From Histomonas meleagridis 2922-C6/04-290x (Eukaryota > Protista > Parabasalia), in assembly GCA_020184695.1 (NCBI GenBank), contig JAANOX010000205.1:744001-808000 (forward strand): 64,000 nucleotides of DNA, read 5' to 3'. The notes below the pieces were generated by a model. The model saw only the letters and a program-made list of their open reading frames with translations. It was not told where the DNA came from and did no database searches. Below, in pieces: positions 34,243 through 45,226 of this stretch. The translations under genes and the position numbers were made by a program. Position 1 is the first letter of the stretch, and every line of letters starts with the position of its first letter.

Positions 34243-34779
34243 ATGGGTTCGTTCTTGAGTTGTTTGTTTGTGAATAAAAAAGCGAAGATTATAATGTTAT
34301 CACTTCCTTATGCAGGAAAAACATCAATTTTATATAAACTTGCACTCGGCGATGTAATCAAAACAATTCCAACAATTGGGTCTAATAATGAGTCAATTAA
34401 TCACAAAGGCATTAACTTAGAAATTTGGGAGATTGGAGGGGAATGCAAAATTCCACCTCTTTGGCACAGATACATTCAATATTTACATCCAAACGGAATT
34501 ATATTTGTGGTGGATTCCCATGATCCTGGTCAAATTGATGAAGCACGCGAACATCTTTTTCGGTATATTTTAGAGAAAAAAGAATCAGAGAATTTGCCAT
34601 TGCTTATTTTTGCAAACAAACAAGATCTTCCAAACACAATTTCTCTGGATGAAATTGAGAGCAAGTTACTTCTCAACACAGTTAAAGATCGCCCATGGAA
34701 AATCCAAGCTACATCTGTATACAACGAAGATGCATTACGTGAAGGATTAGATTGGCTCGTTGAGCATATAAGTCAATAA
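34243..34779 (+). CDS. ADP-ribosylation factor family GTPase, divergent
   Basis: MG myristoylation start, AGKTSILYKL, TIPTIG, IFVVDS.D, FANKQDLP, W.IQATS. Confidence 0.9.
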   Translation: MGSFLSCLFVNKKAKIIMLSLPYAGKTSILYKLALGDVIKTIPTIGSNNESINHKGINLEIWEIGGECKIPPLWHRYIQYLHPNGIIFVVDSHDPGQIDEAREHLFRYILEKKESENLPLLIFANKQDLPNTISLDEIESKLLLNTVKDRPWKIQATSVYNEDALREGLDWLVEHISQ

Positions 34780-35269
34780 GGTTTGATAATGAAAAGCGCT
34801 TTTCATATATTATCTGTCACTAAATCATTATTATTTCCATAGTATTAAAGTCAAATAAGAATACAATTATCATTAATTATAACCTCAATATTGTGTAACT
34901 AATTGTGATTCATAATGTTAATTAATTGATTAAGTATGACATTAAATTCATTTTTGAATGTTTAATATCTTCGATATTTTATCGAGAAGCATACCGTCAA
35001 CATGTGGTAGTTCTTAGTGTTTTGAATTTGCCTCGTGTTCTAATGTTATCATGGTTACCACGTGGCATTTCGAAAAAATGGAATAGAAAAAGTGTAAACA
35101 ACCAAATTTGTTAAAATATTAACTATATTTTTTAATTGATATATTTTTGAGGTAATTTTCGCCAATTTCTTATATAACAATAAATCCGAAAAATATTTTA
35201 TAAGAAAAATTTTTTAACATATACATAATAGAAAACAAATATATCTATTTACTAACATAATTAAACATT

Positions 35270-36445
35270 TCAAATATTAAAATTATTTAACTGCTCCAAC
35301 ACTTCTGTATTCACGTTACTACTTATAGTGTAAGGCGTTTCTTGTTGGTAATTACTATCCTGAATACAAGTCAACGCCTGCAAATCCTTTTCTCCATTTT
35401 TCGCTCTCAGCACATTATTTAAGTCTGCGCTTTTCACGCATTTCACATTTATATATCTTACGTTAGCCAAATATAACAAATCCAAAAAGAACGAATACGA
35501 AAAAAAGTTCGAAATGATATATATCAATACCATTATCTTATTATTAAGCAACTTAAAGAAGAAGGAATTATTAATGTCATTAAATGTCATTATCATTTCC
35601 TTATCAAGTCGATTTATGTCCGTTTTGATTTTATAATTCGTTGTATTCGTTTTCGGATATTTGTTACGAAATTCGTCTTCTAATTCGTCACTTAATTTGT
35701 TCTCGTAAGAAATAATGGCAATGATCGGTACATTAGTTGGTAATATAATGATTGTGCCTTCTTCTTGCCACGAGTTATATTCAAGAAGACAAATTTCTTT
35801 GGGACAAAGTTTGGCAATTTTGCGTTCTTGAATTATGTGGAAATATGGAGGTGATGTACGTGAGTCAATGATATATTCTTGGAACTCGGATAAGGTGACA
35901 ACCTTACGTTGAAAGATATAATTGGTAAAATATGGAGCTTTGCCTCGTTTACAAAATGGAAATCGAATATATAGGCCATAAAGAAAAACTAAAAGCCACA
36001 GTGTTAAACTGGCTATAAAAAATGTCTTGGTGATGTTTTTAAGATTAATATAACAAATAATGCTTGATGCAAATATGCCAGATATTATATTGGTGATAAT
36101 GGAATAGATTGCATAATTGAAAATGCCTTGCGACTTCCCATTTTTAAGAATTTGTTGCTTTCGAAAACAATAATAAAATAATGATAAAATTGTTGGAATT
36201 AAAAAAATAAGTGAAACACAAACAATTAACATGGCAAGGCTTTCTGTACCATAACACCAGGTGGCAACCTGACCCGGATAACATATTGAATTATTATCAA
36301 TTGTTGTTCCATTGATCGATTTTTTTGAGTAATCAATACAAAGACCATTACATATATCAAACCCGCATGATATGTTGATTCCGCTTCTTGCAGTTTCATT
36401 GGTAATTATGGAATTCATGTCGAAGCTATAAGCCACGAGGGGCAA
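35270..36445 (-). CDS. Multi-pass membrane protein, TMEM151-like (tentative)
   Basis: Cys-rich N-terminus, three TM segments, YI..SRTSPP..H segment and C-terminal TM, as seen in TMEM151-like proteins. Confidence 0.45.
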   Translation of the reverse strand: MPLVAYSFDMNSIITNETARSGINISCGFDICNGLCIDYSKKSINGTTIDNNSICYPGQVATWCYGTESLAMLIVCVSLIFLIPTILSLFYYCFRKQQILKNGKSQGIFNYAIYSIITNIISGIFASSIICYINLKNITKTFFIASLTLWLLVFLYGLYIRFPFCKRGKAPYFTNYIFQRKVVTLSEFQEYIIDSRTSPPYFHIIQERKIAKLCPKEICLLEYNSWQEEGTIIILPTNVPIIAIISYENKLSDELEDEFRNKYPKTNTTNYKIKTDINRLDKEMIMTFNDINNSFFFKLLNNKIMVLIYIISNFFSYSFFLDLLYLANVRYINVKCVKSADLNNVLRAKNGEKDLQALTCIQDSNYQQETPYTISSNVNTEVLEQLNNFNI

Positions 36446-37437
36446 TACCTGATATTAAACGGTTTATGTCTGAAAATTGAATTTGAGAGGCAAAAGCCGT
36501 TATTCAACACAAAAAACCAATTCAATTAACACATTTTTTTGGCAGTATTCTAAAGTTCTCTTTTGGCAATGATTGGAGCTTGAAACAATTTCTTATCTAT
36601 TTCCCCTCAAACAATATGCAATACATTGCACCTTTAACACGCAATTAAAAATTTTTGGAATAACACCGCATTTATTCAAAATTGATTGTATAATTAACTC
36701 AAAAATGAAGTAATTCGATACAACTCAAAAAAAATGATTCATAATTGCGTGTTTATTATTAACAATAAAGAATTTTTAGTGATTAAAATTAATTTATGAA
36801 CTTTAAAAAAAAATAATATTGATAACTGTCACTACCAACCATACTATATCATTAGGATTATTAATTTCATTTGTTATCTTAGCAAATACTATTGGTATAG
36901 ATATTGAAGCAATTCTTTATATTATGTTTTTTTAAGATAAGCAAATATAAATCATATCAACCACACGCATTAAAATATGCAAACAACCATTTGATATCAG
37001 AATTTTTAACTTGTATAAGCTTAAACAGGGGAAAAAAATAATATTATGAAATTCGATGCACGTTTATTAAAAAACCGGTTATTTTTGCACAAATTTTTTT
37101 ATTCAAAATCCAATACCATTGTTTCATTAAACTTTAGTATGGTTACTGTGTCTTCCTTTCTAAACATTTATGTTATTTCTATCAATCTTTCAAATATAAT
37201 CACAAAAATTATTAAATTTCCAAATATTCTTTTATTATAAAGCATGACTATGTAGCGATTTAATTAAACAAAATGAAAATATTTCATATTTGTAATCTTG
37301 GAATAACCATCTGCAATTAAATTCTTCAATATCATTTTGTGAGCGCTTGGTGAAACATATTCAAATTTGACTATGAACTGGTAAATTGAGTAGAGCGTTT
37401 AAGAAAAATTGAATACTTTATACAAAAATTCTTTATC

Positions 37438-39315
37438 ATGTTTGTCAGGTATCTTGACAACGTTCACAACATATCAGATTATACAGTTAAAGAGGAAGTA
37501 GCAAGAACCAAAAACACTGTCTTTAAGGAATGTTATTATAGTCATCTTAGTGAGCCATTATTAATAAAAAAATTTAAAAAAGATCAGAAAAAATTATATC
37601 AAAATGAAATAAGTGCTTACAATAACGTTATGTCTAATGCTATTTTACCTATCAGAAGTATCTTTTCCACTGAAACAGAAGATTACATAGTTTATAAAAA
37701 CAGAAAGTTTAAGCAATTAGACAAATTAGTTAAAGAAAATCCTCTTTCATTTCAACTAATAGCAAAATTATCTCGACAATTTTATGAATTTTTAACACAA
37801 TGCAATAAACAAAATATCTTTTATCTTGAACCAGAGCCACTAAAAACCATAATGCTTGCGCCCGAAGAGCAGATAGTTATTGGTAGTTTCGAATCTGCTT
37901 CTATTGGTGGTTCTGAATCTGATTCAATATTTTATCAAATGGATAAAGGTACCAGTGGATATACTGACATGCTTACACTCGGGTGCTTTATACATTGTCT
38001 TTTCACAGGGAATTCACCACTTGATTATAATACTAAAACATTTAAAGTTGATTCTGAAATTCCAGATGAAGTTTATGACCTTTTAACCAATCTTCTTGCA
38101 ACTGATGTTGAACAAAGAAAACGTTTTTCGCCAAAGGAACATCCATTTTTATCGTATGCAGTTGAAATATCAATAGCCAAAAATTTCTTTTCTATTGATC
38201 ACGTGTTTGTAGATTGGAATGATGGGTTTAAAGCAGGCTTTTACAACTCTGAGATGACCTTTAAAGATGGGATTTCATTTGTATCTGATTCAACAGTCAT
38301 TACATTTAATGACAAAGAATTATGTTTCACATCTGAAGATCAAATTCTATGTCTTAAAGAAGGTGAGTTACAACTTGGATGTGAATATGCCACATATTGT
38401 CTTCGTGATAATTTAGTCTTAGGAAACACATCACAAGATGGTTCAATACAATTTACAAGTGAATCCTTTTATTACACACTCGGTAAGCAACGGGTCAAAA
38501 TTGCATCTGATGGCGTTACGACGTTTTATTCCAACAAGCCCGTTATTGACGACGATAAGCTCTTAACGGACTCCGCGGTCAAACTCAAAGTTTTACCAAA
38601 TGGAATTACGTCAACCATCAACCGAACCGATGTAACCATCTCTAAAAATGGTGTAAAGTTAATATTAGGTTCCTCCGAAATTATTCTTCAGCCACGTGGT
38701 GAATCGTTATATGTTATCTTTGGAACATGTTCAGTTTATTTATCAGCAAATGAATTTAATGTTCATATCGGAAATTACCAAATATCAGTCAATAAAGAAG
38801 GAGTATTAAATATAATATCAGATAAAACTATCTTTGTAGTAAATAATAAAGAAGTTTCAGTGACAAATAATGGACAACCATTTAATTTGAATAATTTCGG
38901 TGTTAAAGTCCCAAATATTAACATCAAATTACCAAAGGCTAAAATCCCAGTCCCGCCAAAGATGTTCGATTCCCCAAATCCTTCGCCTGCTTCACAACGA
39001 AAGTTTTCTATTGCGGACTATTTGTTCGAAGGCGAAGAAGTCATTTTGGAATCAAACATTTTGAAGAAAGCAATTTTTGCAAGTGATAAAATGATTGCGA
39101 TATTAACTTCATATAAAAGAATTATTGTTTTGAAGCAAGAGTATAAGGGATTTAAGAGCGAATTTAAGTTGCCGAATAGTTTCGGAACTAAAGTTTCTAA
39201 AACAAAGCTGGAAATTGATACAGTGAAAAAGAAGAAAATTTATAATTTCTTGGACGAAGAAACTGCAAAACAATGGGCTGAAAAAGTAAGCCAATTTAGT
39301 CAAAAGAAAAAATAA
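37438..39315 (+). CDS. Pseudokinase + beta-rich region + PDK1-type PH-like domain
   Basis: Kinase-fold remnants (LLIKKF, DMLTLGCFIHCLFTGNSP, LLATDVEQRK) without HRD/DFG; C-terminal EEVILES.ILKK...ILTSYKRII...YNFLDEETAKQWAEKV. Confidence 0.6.
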   Translation: MFVRYLDNVHNISDYTVKEEVARTKNTVFKECYYSHLSEPLLIKKFKKDQKKLYQNEISAYNNVMSNAILPIRSIFSTETEDYIVYKNRKFKQLDKLVKENPLSFQLIAKLSRQFYEFLTQCNKQNIFYLEPEPLKTIMLAPEEQIVIGSFESASIGGSESDSIFYQMDKGTSGYTDMLTLGCFIHCLFTGNSPLDYNTKTFKVDSEIPDEVYDLLTNLLATDVEQRKRFSPKEHPFLSYAVEISIAKNFFSIDHVFVDWNDGFKAGFYNSEMTFKDGISFVSDSTVITFNDKELCFTSEDQILCLKEGELQLGCEYATYCLRDNLVLGNTSQDGSIQFTSESFYYTLGKQRVKIASDGVTTFYSNKPVIDDDKLLTDSAVKLKVLPNGITSTINRTDVTISKNGVKLILGSSEIILQPRGESLYVIFGTCSVYLSANEFNVHIGNYQISVNKEGVLNIISDKTIFVVNNKEVSVTNNGQPFNLNNFGVKVPNINIKLPKAKIPVPPKMFDSPNPSPASQRKFSIADYLFEGEEVILESNILKKAIFASDKMIAILTSYKRIIVLKQEYKGFKSEFKLPNSFGTKVSKTKLEIDTVKKKKIYNFLDEETAKQWAEKVSQFSQKKK

Positions 39316-39769
39316 AATTTTGTTTTGTTTTGAATAAAGAAAATTAGAATATATTTTTTGAAGAAAATTATTATTTAAATCAATTTGAATAATTTTTAGT
39401 CAGATTTACACGATAGATTATAACGGTCGCATGTATAATATTTAATTAAATCTGATCTAAGAATTTTTGGATGAATTAAAATCAAAAAAATTTAAATTAT
39501 TCCATATTTATTTGATGGTGCTGAGATTCACGTCGCTCTCTTGTGTTTCGTGGTTTCATTTGGGAAGCCCAAATTTACCTCCGTTTCAAGAGATTTCGAA
39601 ATCTAATCACCAATTGGTGTGCTAAAAGTTTTAAGCACTGTTTCGAAATCTCGTGCACCTAATCTGACCTGGAGTCCTTAATGTTGAAGAGGAGAAGCGC
39701 TATTTCATGGAAATCAATTTATTTAAGAAAGTTTTTATTATGATATTTGTTTCGACTATTTATTTATAT

Positions 39770-42046
39770 TTAGTTAAATATATTGTTCACTTCGCCTGTT
39801 TCAACAATCGGCTGGCTTCCGTAGTTATATGACACTTGTACCTTCATCAGAAGCGGAACGTCACTTTGGGTGTATACCATAAGCTGCTGAAGTATTGGAC
39901 GGCCTCCGATTGCTTCAAGCGTTGTACTTGAAGGAGGCTGTGTCTGTATGAACCATCCAACAGGTGCTCCATATTTGACATTAAAGTTTGTAAGTGGCAT
40001 AGTCCCTAAGTTAAAGATCGAAGCTCTAAGTGCTATTTGCTTTGGATTTTGCGGGTTCTTTATGATCTCGAAATAGATTACGTAATCTGGTTTCCGCAGC
40101 CCTTCGATAGCGCCTTGGGGTGGCTTAATTTCAACTTTTTGTATGGGCTCTGGCGTCGTTTTGACATCAAAATCTGTCAGCTCATCAAGCAGTGACACTT
40201 TTTGCGTTTGATGCTGTTCATCGTTTTTAGTTTCTGTTGTGCTAAATAAGTCCAATAAGTCAACTTCGTCTTTATCATCGACTACAACATTATTCTTTTG
40301 GACGTTTCCGGCGTTTTCTTCATTCCGATCAAGAGGCGCTAAGATATCTTCTGAGAAATCTTTGAATCCTAAAATTTCATACATTTCTCCGGCTCTTTGT
40401 TGTACTTCTAAATCTTCTGATGGAATAAGTTGCTTTAGGAAGTTTCGAATTTCCGTCTTTTTATCAAATCTGACTGCTAATTTAGCAAGTGATGTTATTA
40501 ACATACTTTTTGTAATTGTTGTTGTTTGTGGCTGCATTATAATTTTCTTCATTAGTTCAAAAATATCATTTTCAAATTGATCCATAAATTCCCCAATAAC
40601 ATATGCACTCACTTGAACAAGAGTTTGATTATCACTAAAGTTTGTCATTGACCCGGCTAATTGCTGTACTGCATTCTTTTGCATCTCAGGTGTTTTAGAA
40701 ATTAATTTACAAAATGATACAACTAAATCATTTCCAACATAATTTCCATGTTCAATTAACAACAAATGTACAGTACTAAAATTCCATTCAGGGTTTGGTG
40801 AAAATCTTTGGATAGCTGCATATATTTTTGAAACAAGTTCAACTCTAAATTCTTTGTCTGCTAATTTCACATAATCAAGTACTTCTGGTATTAGAGTTTC
40901 GACATTATTTTCATCAACAAGTGCTGATATCACGTCCAAAGCTCTTCTTCTAATAGATGGGTCACCATTATTTAAACATCTGACAATTTGTGATTTATAC
41001 CTTTGTAATGCAACTGAATCTCCACTTGTTCGGCCAATTATTTCATTACCTGAATATAAAACTCTTGAGAAAATCGATAAAGCCGAGTAAATCACATTTG
41101 GGTCCTTCAATTTAAAAAGTCGGCCGACTTGTGAAAAAGCCAAACCGCGAAGCGACGGTTTGTTAGCAGTTGTTACAACCGCCATAACAGCTTGAAAAAG
41201 TAGTGCGCGACCGGTATTTTTTTTGGTATCGGCGCCGGTTATGATCGACTCCAAAACGGTGTCGAGATCGTCCGACTTTTTGTTAAGGAACGATAGGATG
41301 CTGAGGAGCCTCATCTGGAGAAATGGGTCATTAAAGAAATTGTATGAGAATTCTTTTGATGCTTTGGATCGGTTGAGTTGCTTGAGGATTTTTGTAAATG
41401 GTGAGCAATAACGACAGAAAAATGAACGGAAATTTGGACACGATCGAACTAATGCTTCCATAAGACAAATACCAGCAATAACTACCCCATGTGAGCCATT
41501 TTTGAGAAGTTTCCCGATAAGTGGTTTAAATGATTCTGCATGTTCTGGTAATTTTTGGATTATTCGTATTGCTGCCATGGCTGCACAACGAAGAACTCGG
41601 GAATTTTTGGAATTAAAGATTTTGATTACTTCTGGTACTACTGTTTGACATGTTAAAGAAGATCCAATATTTGCAATTAATGATAATGCAAGACATTGTA
41701 TGTTTCTATCTGTCGATTGTAAATCATTTCTAACTGTCTGTGTTAGTAATACTGATAATTCTGAATTTTCGTCGATCATTACAGCGCAAGCAATATATCC
41801 AAGTCTTTTATAACTAAATCTTTCATTTGTCATTAAAGTCAAAGGTTCCAATTGACCGAAAGACACATTTTCTCCTATTATATGTAAGAACAAAAGCTTT
41901 GCCACAACTCTTGGCATTAATGATGGATCATAATCTTTAATCAAAGATCTTAAATCAGCCATTTCGCTTCTAATCCTAAACTTTTCTTGTTCAGGGTTTT
42001 CAGCTAGTCTTACAGAAGATACGAAATCGAACAATTCCTGAGTCAT
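39770..42046 (-). CDS. AP1G1: AP-1 complex gamma adaptin
   Basis: Adaptin_N (KLLFLHIIG...FGQLE, YKRLGYIA, DPFLQMRLL, DPSIRRRALD, EVQQRA) plus gamma-ear domain. ATG at 42046 after Inr TCACTTTT. Confidence 0.92.
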   Translation of the reverse strand: MTQELFDFVSSVRLAENPEQEKFRIRSEMADLRSLIKDYDPSLMPRVVAKLLFLHIIGENVSFGQLEPLTLMTNERFSYKRLGYIACAVMIDENSELSVLLTQTVRNDLQSTDRNIQCLALSLIANIGSSLTCQTVVPEVIKIFNSKNSRVLRCAAMAAIRIIQKLPEHAESFKPLIGKLLKNGSHGVVIAGICLMEALVRSCPNFRSFFCRYCSPFTKILKQLNRSKASKEFSYNFFNDPFLQMRLLSILSFLNKKSDDLDTVLESIITGADTKKNTGRALLFQAVMAVVTTANKPSLRGLAFSQVGRLFKLKDPNVIYSALSIFSRVLYSGNEIIGRTSGDSVALQRYKSQIVRCLNNGDPSIRRRALDVISALVDENNVETLIPEVLDYVKLADKEFRVELVSKIYAAIQRFSPNPEWNFSTVHLLLIEHGNYVGNDLVVSFCKLISKTPEMQKNAVQQLAGSMTNFSDNQTLVQVSAYVIGEFMDQFENDIFELMKKIIMQPQTTTITKSMLITSLAKLAVRFDKKTEIRNFLKQLIPSEDLEVQQRAGEMYEILGFKDFSEDILAPLDRNEENAGNVQKNNVVVDDKDEVDLLDLFSTTETKNDEQHQTQKVSLLDELTDFDVKTTPEPIQKVEIKPPQGAIEGLRKPDYVIYFEIIKNPQNPKQIALRASIFNLGTMPLTNFNVKYGAPVGWFIQTQPPSSTTLEAIGGRPILQQLMVYTQSDVPLLMKVQVSYNYGSQPIVETGEVNNIFN

Positions 42047-42087
42047 AATAAACCGTAAAAGTGACACGATTTTTTTATTTATTTATT

Positions 42088-44302
42088 TTAAATTTTTTCT
42101 TTTAATAATAATTCCACGAACGAATTATTTTGTATATCATTATCAGCTTTCAATGATATATTTGTTGGTTTTATTGATTCCTCGAATACCTTTAATAAGT
42201 TATTTTTCTTAACTAATTGATTTTTATTATTTAAAACATCATTAGTTAAATTGTTCATAAACTTCATCATCAATTCCATTGGCTCTTTATGTTCTGCGCC
42301 AACGGATATATCGATTAAATCATACTCATTGAGCCTCGCAAGTAATGTCTTTTGGTTTTGCTTCTTGCTAAGCTCTTTCGATAAATTCACTTCTTTCTTG
42401 AACTTCGGATAGTCGTATAAACGTGGCGAAGTGAATCGCTCGAGCGAAACAAATGAATTATACACTTTCTCAAACACTTGTGGTGATGTAGGTAATGCTC
42501 CATCGATTCCGACTGATGACAATTTCGGATTCGATTGCATAAACTCTAAAAATGATAAAAGACCTTTGTCACCCATTTGTGTTCTTTCCATTGTTAATGT
42601 CGTTAATTGTGATTTTCCTTTTAAATCGTTAAAGAATTGCACTGCTGATTCTTTAAGTGGATTAGATGATCCGCATGATAATTCTAGACAGCTAAGTTTA
42701 GTTTCAATGATAAAGTTTGATAAACGCTTTAAGCATTCATCAATCCGTTTGTTAAAACAGCGTGATAAGTTAAGATAACGTAAATATTTTTGAGTTCGTA
42801 AAAAATTATATAATAATTCGCTGGTCTCTGGTGTTAATTCATTTCCGCAATAATTGAATTCGGTGAGGATCGGTAACGGGTTTTTGATGTCAAAACATTT
42901 CAACGTATCGTCCGGTGAACCGCTGGTGGCTAATTCAGACAAATTCAATGCAATCGGGTGTTTCCGTGGTTTAGAGAAAAGTGCCTTAAGTAAACTGCTG
43001 AGCGCTTCAATATTAATCTCAACCTTACTTAAATCAATATAATTAAGAGATTCTGGAAAGATTATGTCTGGATTAACTTGATCGAAAAAGCGTCCAGATG
43101 TAAGATATAATTGTTTTAAGGATTTAGTGCTGGGAAGAATTGATGAACAAATGGTAGATATATCAATAGATGCACGTGAAAGTGTTAAAGAACGAAGTTT
43201 AAAGGTGGAAAGGAATTCAGAAAGTTCTTGAATGTTGATCATATCGGCAGTTCCTTCTTCAAGTTTAAGATGAATTAATGTCGAAAAACAAGAAACTTCA
43301 TTTAAACACTTGTATAACATTTGAAAGTGTTGGGAAGTAAGTTTGGATCGACCAATACATAACGTTTTAATATGGCCTTCAAATTCTTTTAATCCATTTA
43401 AAACACCAAAAATTAGATTTGGCGCACAGTTTCTAAAGTTAATTTCAGTTATTTTGGACTTTTCAGTTGCTCTAAGATGGAATGGATCTGGTGGAGCGTC
43501 AACATAATTTTCAATAGTAATTCGACAAATTGAGTTAGATGAGGAAAATATTGTACTGAGAAATACGTTGAGCTTCTCAGGGCCAAAGTTATCAAGAATT
43601 AAGCCTTTGATGTCGGGTTCCATTGCAATAGCTTCCGCTATTTGTTTAGCAGAATTACCTACATAGAAGTTGGATGGCAAGGAAAGGTTGGGAGTGATGT
43701 GTTTATCCCATTGGGCGAGGAGCTGAAGGCATTGAAATGGGAATTTTGAGTCATCTCGACGTGTAAATGCACGATGTACAATAGCCATCATTCTTATTTG
43801 GAGTAAATTCATTGGACGCGTTCGAATGTCGATTCGTGGGATATCTTCAGGAGTGGGAAGAAAACGAATTTTACTGAGCATCTTGATATTCTCAAAGTAA
43901 TAACAACCATAAAGATATAAAACACGAATGAGAAGTTCTGTAACTGCATCGTCGTTTTTTATTGAGATGTTAGTTGCCGAAATCGCGAGTGCTAACGTAT
44001 GAGGTTTAATATAATTAACAATTGATAAATCTAAAATACTAAGCTTTGTCTCTAAAATTACTTTGGATGATGAGGTAAATTTAAAAATATAAAGCGCACC
44101 AAGAGTTAATACAAAAGTTCTTTCATCTCTTATACCATTAATTGTAACAGATTGAAATTCGGCTCCAAACAAAGGAAATTCATTTGCTCCCCAAGCAAAT
44201 TTAGTAACAAGTCTTTGAAGATAATTATTTGATAGACGATCGTATAATTTTGGAGGTTCCAATTTTTTTTGTGACAGATTTCCACTTTTTTGTAAAAGAC
44301 AT
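42088..44302 (-). CDS. CARMIL-like leucine-rich-repeat protein (start requires a +1 frame change)
   Basis: PH-like ERTFVLTLGALYIF then RI-type LRRs. The long frame has no ATG until about residue 158; an Inr-flanked ATG at 44302 is out of frame. Confidence 0.7.
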
Positions 44303-44318
44303 GTTATGTGAAAACACA

Positions 44319-44867
44319 ATGATCCCTTCCAGTTATCCTTCAGCAATTCGATCAATATTAGTTGCTAGTGGTTGTGATACTGCATTAGTTCCACCACCAA
44401 GAGAATATGAAACAACAGATAATCCAATTCCAATGGATGAAGCAATTTTTGAATATGATACAAGTAAATTATTTAATGCCGCTGGATTTTCCCCTGAAGC
44501 AACTTCAGAATTGGATAAGTATTGGCATGTTAGAAGATTTTACATGGGACAACTAAAAATTTTAAGTAGAAATGATAATGAAGATCCAACTTATGAAAAA
44601 ATCCAAACAACAGTGCAAGAAAGAAATATAGACAATGTCCTCGAAATGTTTCAGCAAAGACATCAATGGCTTGAAAATTCTTACAAATATAGAGCAGATT
44701 GTCATCCGTTATGTAAAATCCAAGATTGCCTAAACGAAGCAATATATGGATCTGAATATTGTATTAACCATTTAGATAATGACCCTAACCAAAACTTATT
44801 TAGAAAATGTGAAAAATGTAATCGAATGTATCCTGTTACAAGTAGTTGCTTCTTTTGTCGTGAATAA
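44319..44867 (+). CDS. Hypothetical protein with C-terminal zf-C3Hc3H-like (KANSL2/INO80D-type) zinc finger
   Basis: CKIQDC...GSEYCINHL..DPNQNLFRKC..C pattern; start codon uncertain (44301, 44319 or later). Confidence 0.55.
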   Translation: MIPSSYPSAIRSILVASGCDTALVPPPREYETTDNPIPMDEAIFEYDTSKLFNAAGFSPEATSELDKYWHVRRFYMGQLKILSRNDNEDPTYEKIQTTVQERNIDNVLEMFQQRHQWLENSYKYRADCHPLCKIQDCLNEAIYGSEYCINHLDNDPNQNLFRKCEKCNRMYPVTSSCFFCRE

Positions 44868-44975
44868 AAATATAAACACTATTTAGGAAAGTCTAATGTT
44901 TTTATTAAAATTCTTTAGCGATGTTATATGTTTTTTATACATTAATATATTTTTTCGATTTTTCTTCTTGAAGGA

Positions 44976-45140
44976 TTGACATTTAATGATGAAGCCATTA
45001 ATAAATCAGTTGAAATTGGTAATTTATGTCTTTCAGAACATATCCAACAAATTCCAAATGATGTTTTAGTTATTCATCAGCTTCTGGAAATATTGAACTT
45101 GTTAAGTATATTTTTGTACAAGAAATTGATATTAATGTGC
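44976..45140 (+). pseudogene. Frameshifted fragment of a DUF3447-ankyrin gene
   Basis: INKSVEIGNL...IPNDVLV then, in a shifted frame, SASGNIELVKYIFVQEIDIN; matches the segment preceding the first ankyrin repeat in both intact paralogs. Confidence 0.55.
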
Positions 45141-45226
45141 ATAGATGGTTTACTATTTTATAGTGCATAATTTGTTAACAGGTTAAAAAATAAACGGTTC
45201 CGATTATTTAAACGGTCTCTCGTTAA

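Noticed and set aside
41738-41747. Branch/3' splice-like ACTAACACAG inside AP-1 gamma
   Set aside because: Lies in a continuous, conserved reading frame (LLTQT); no matching 5' site is needed.
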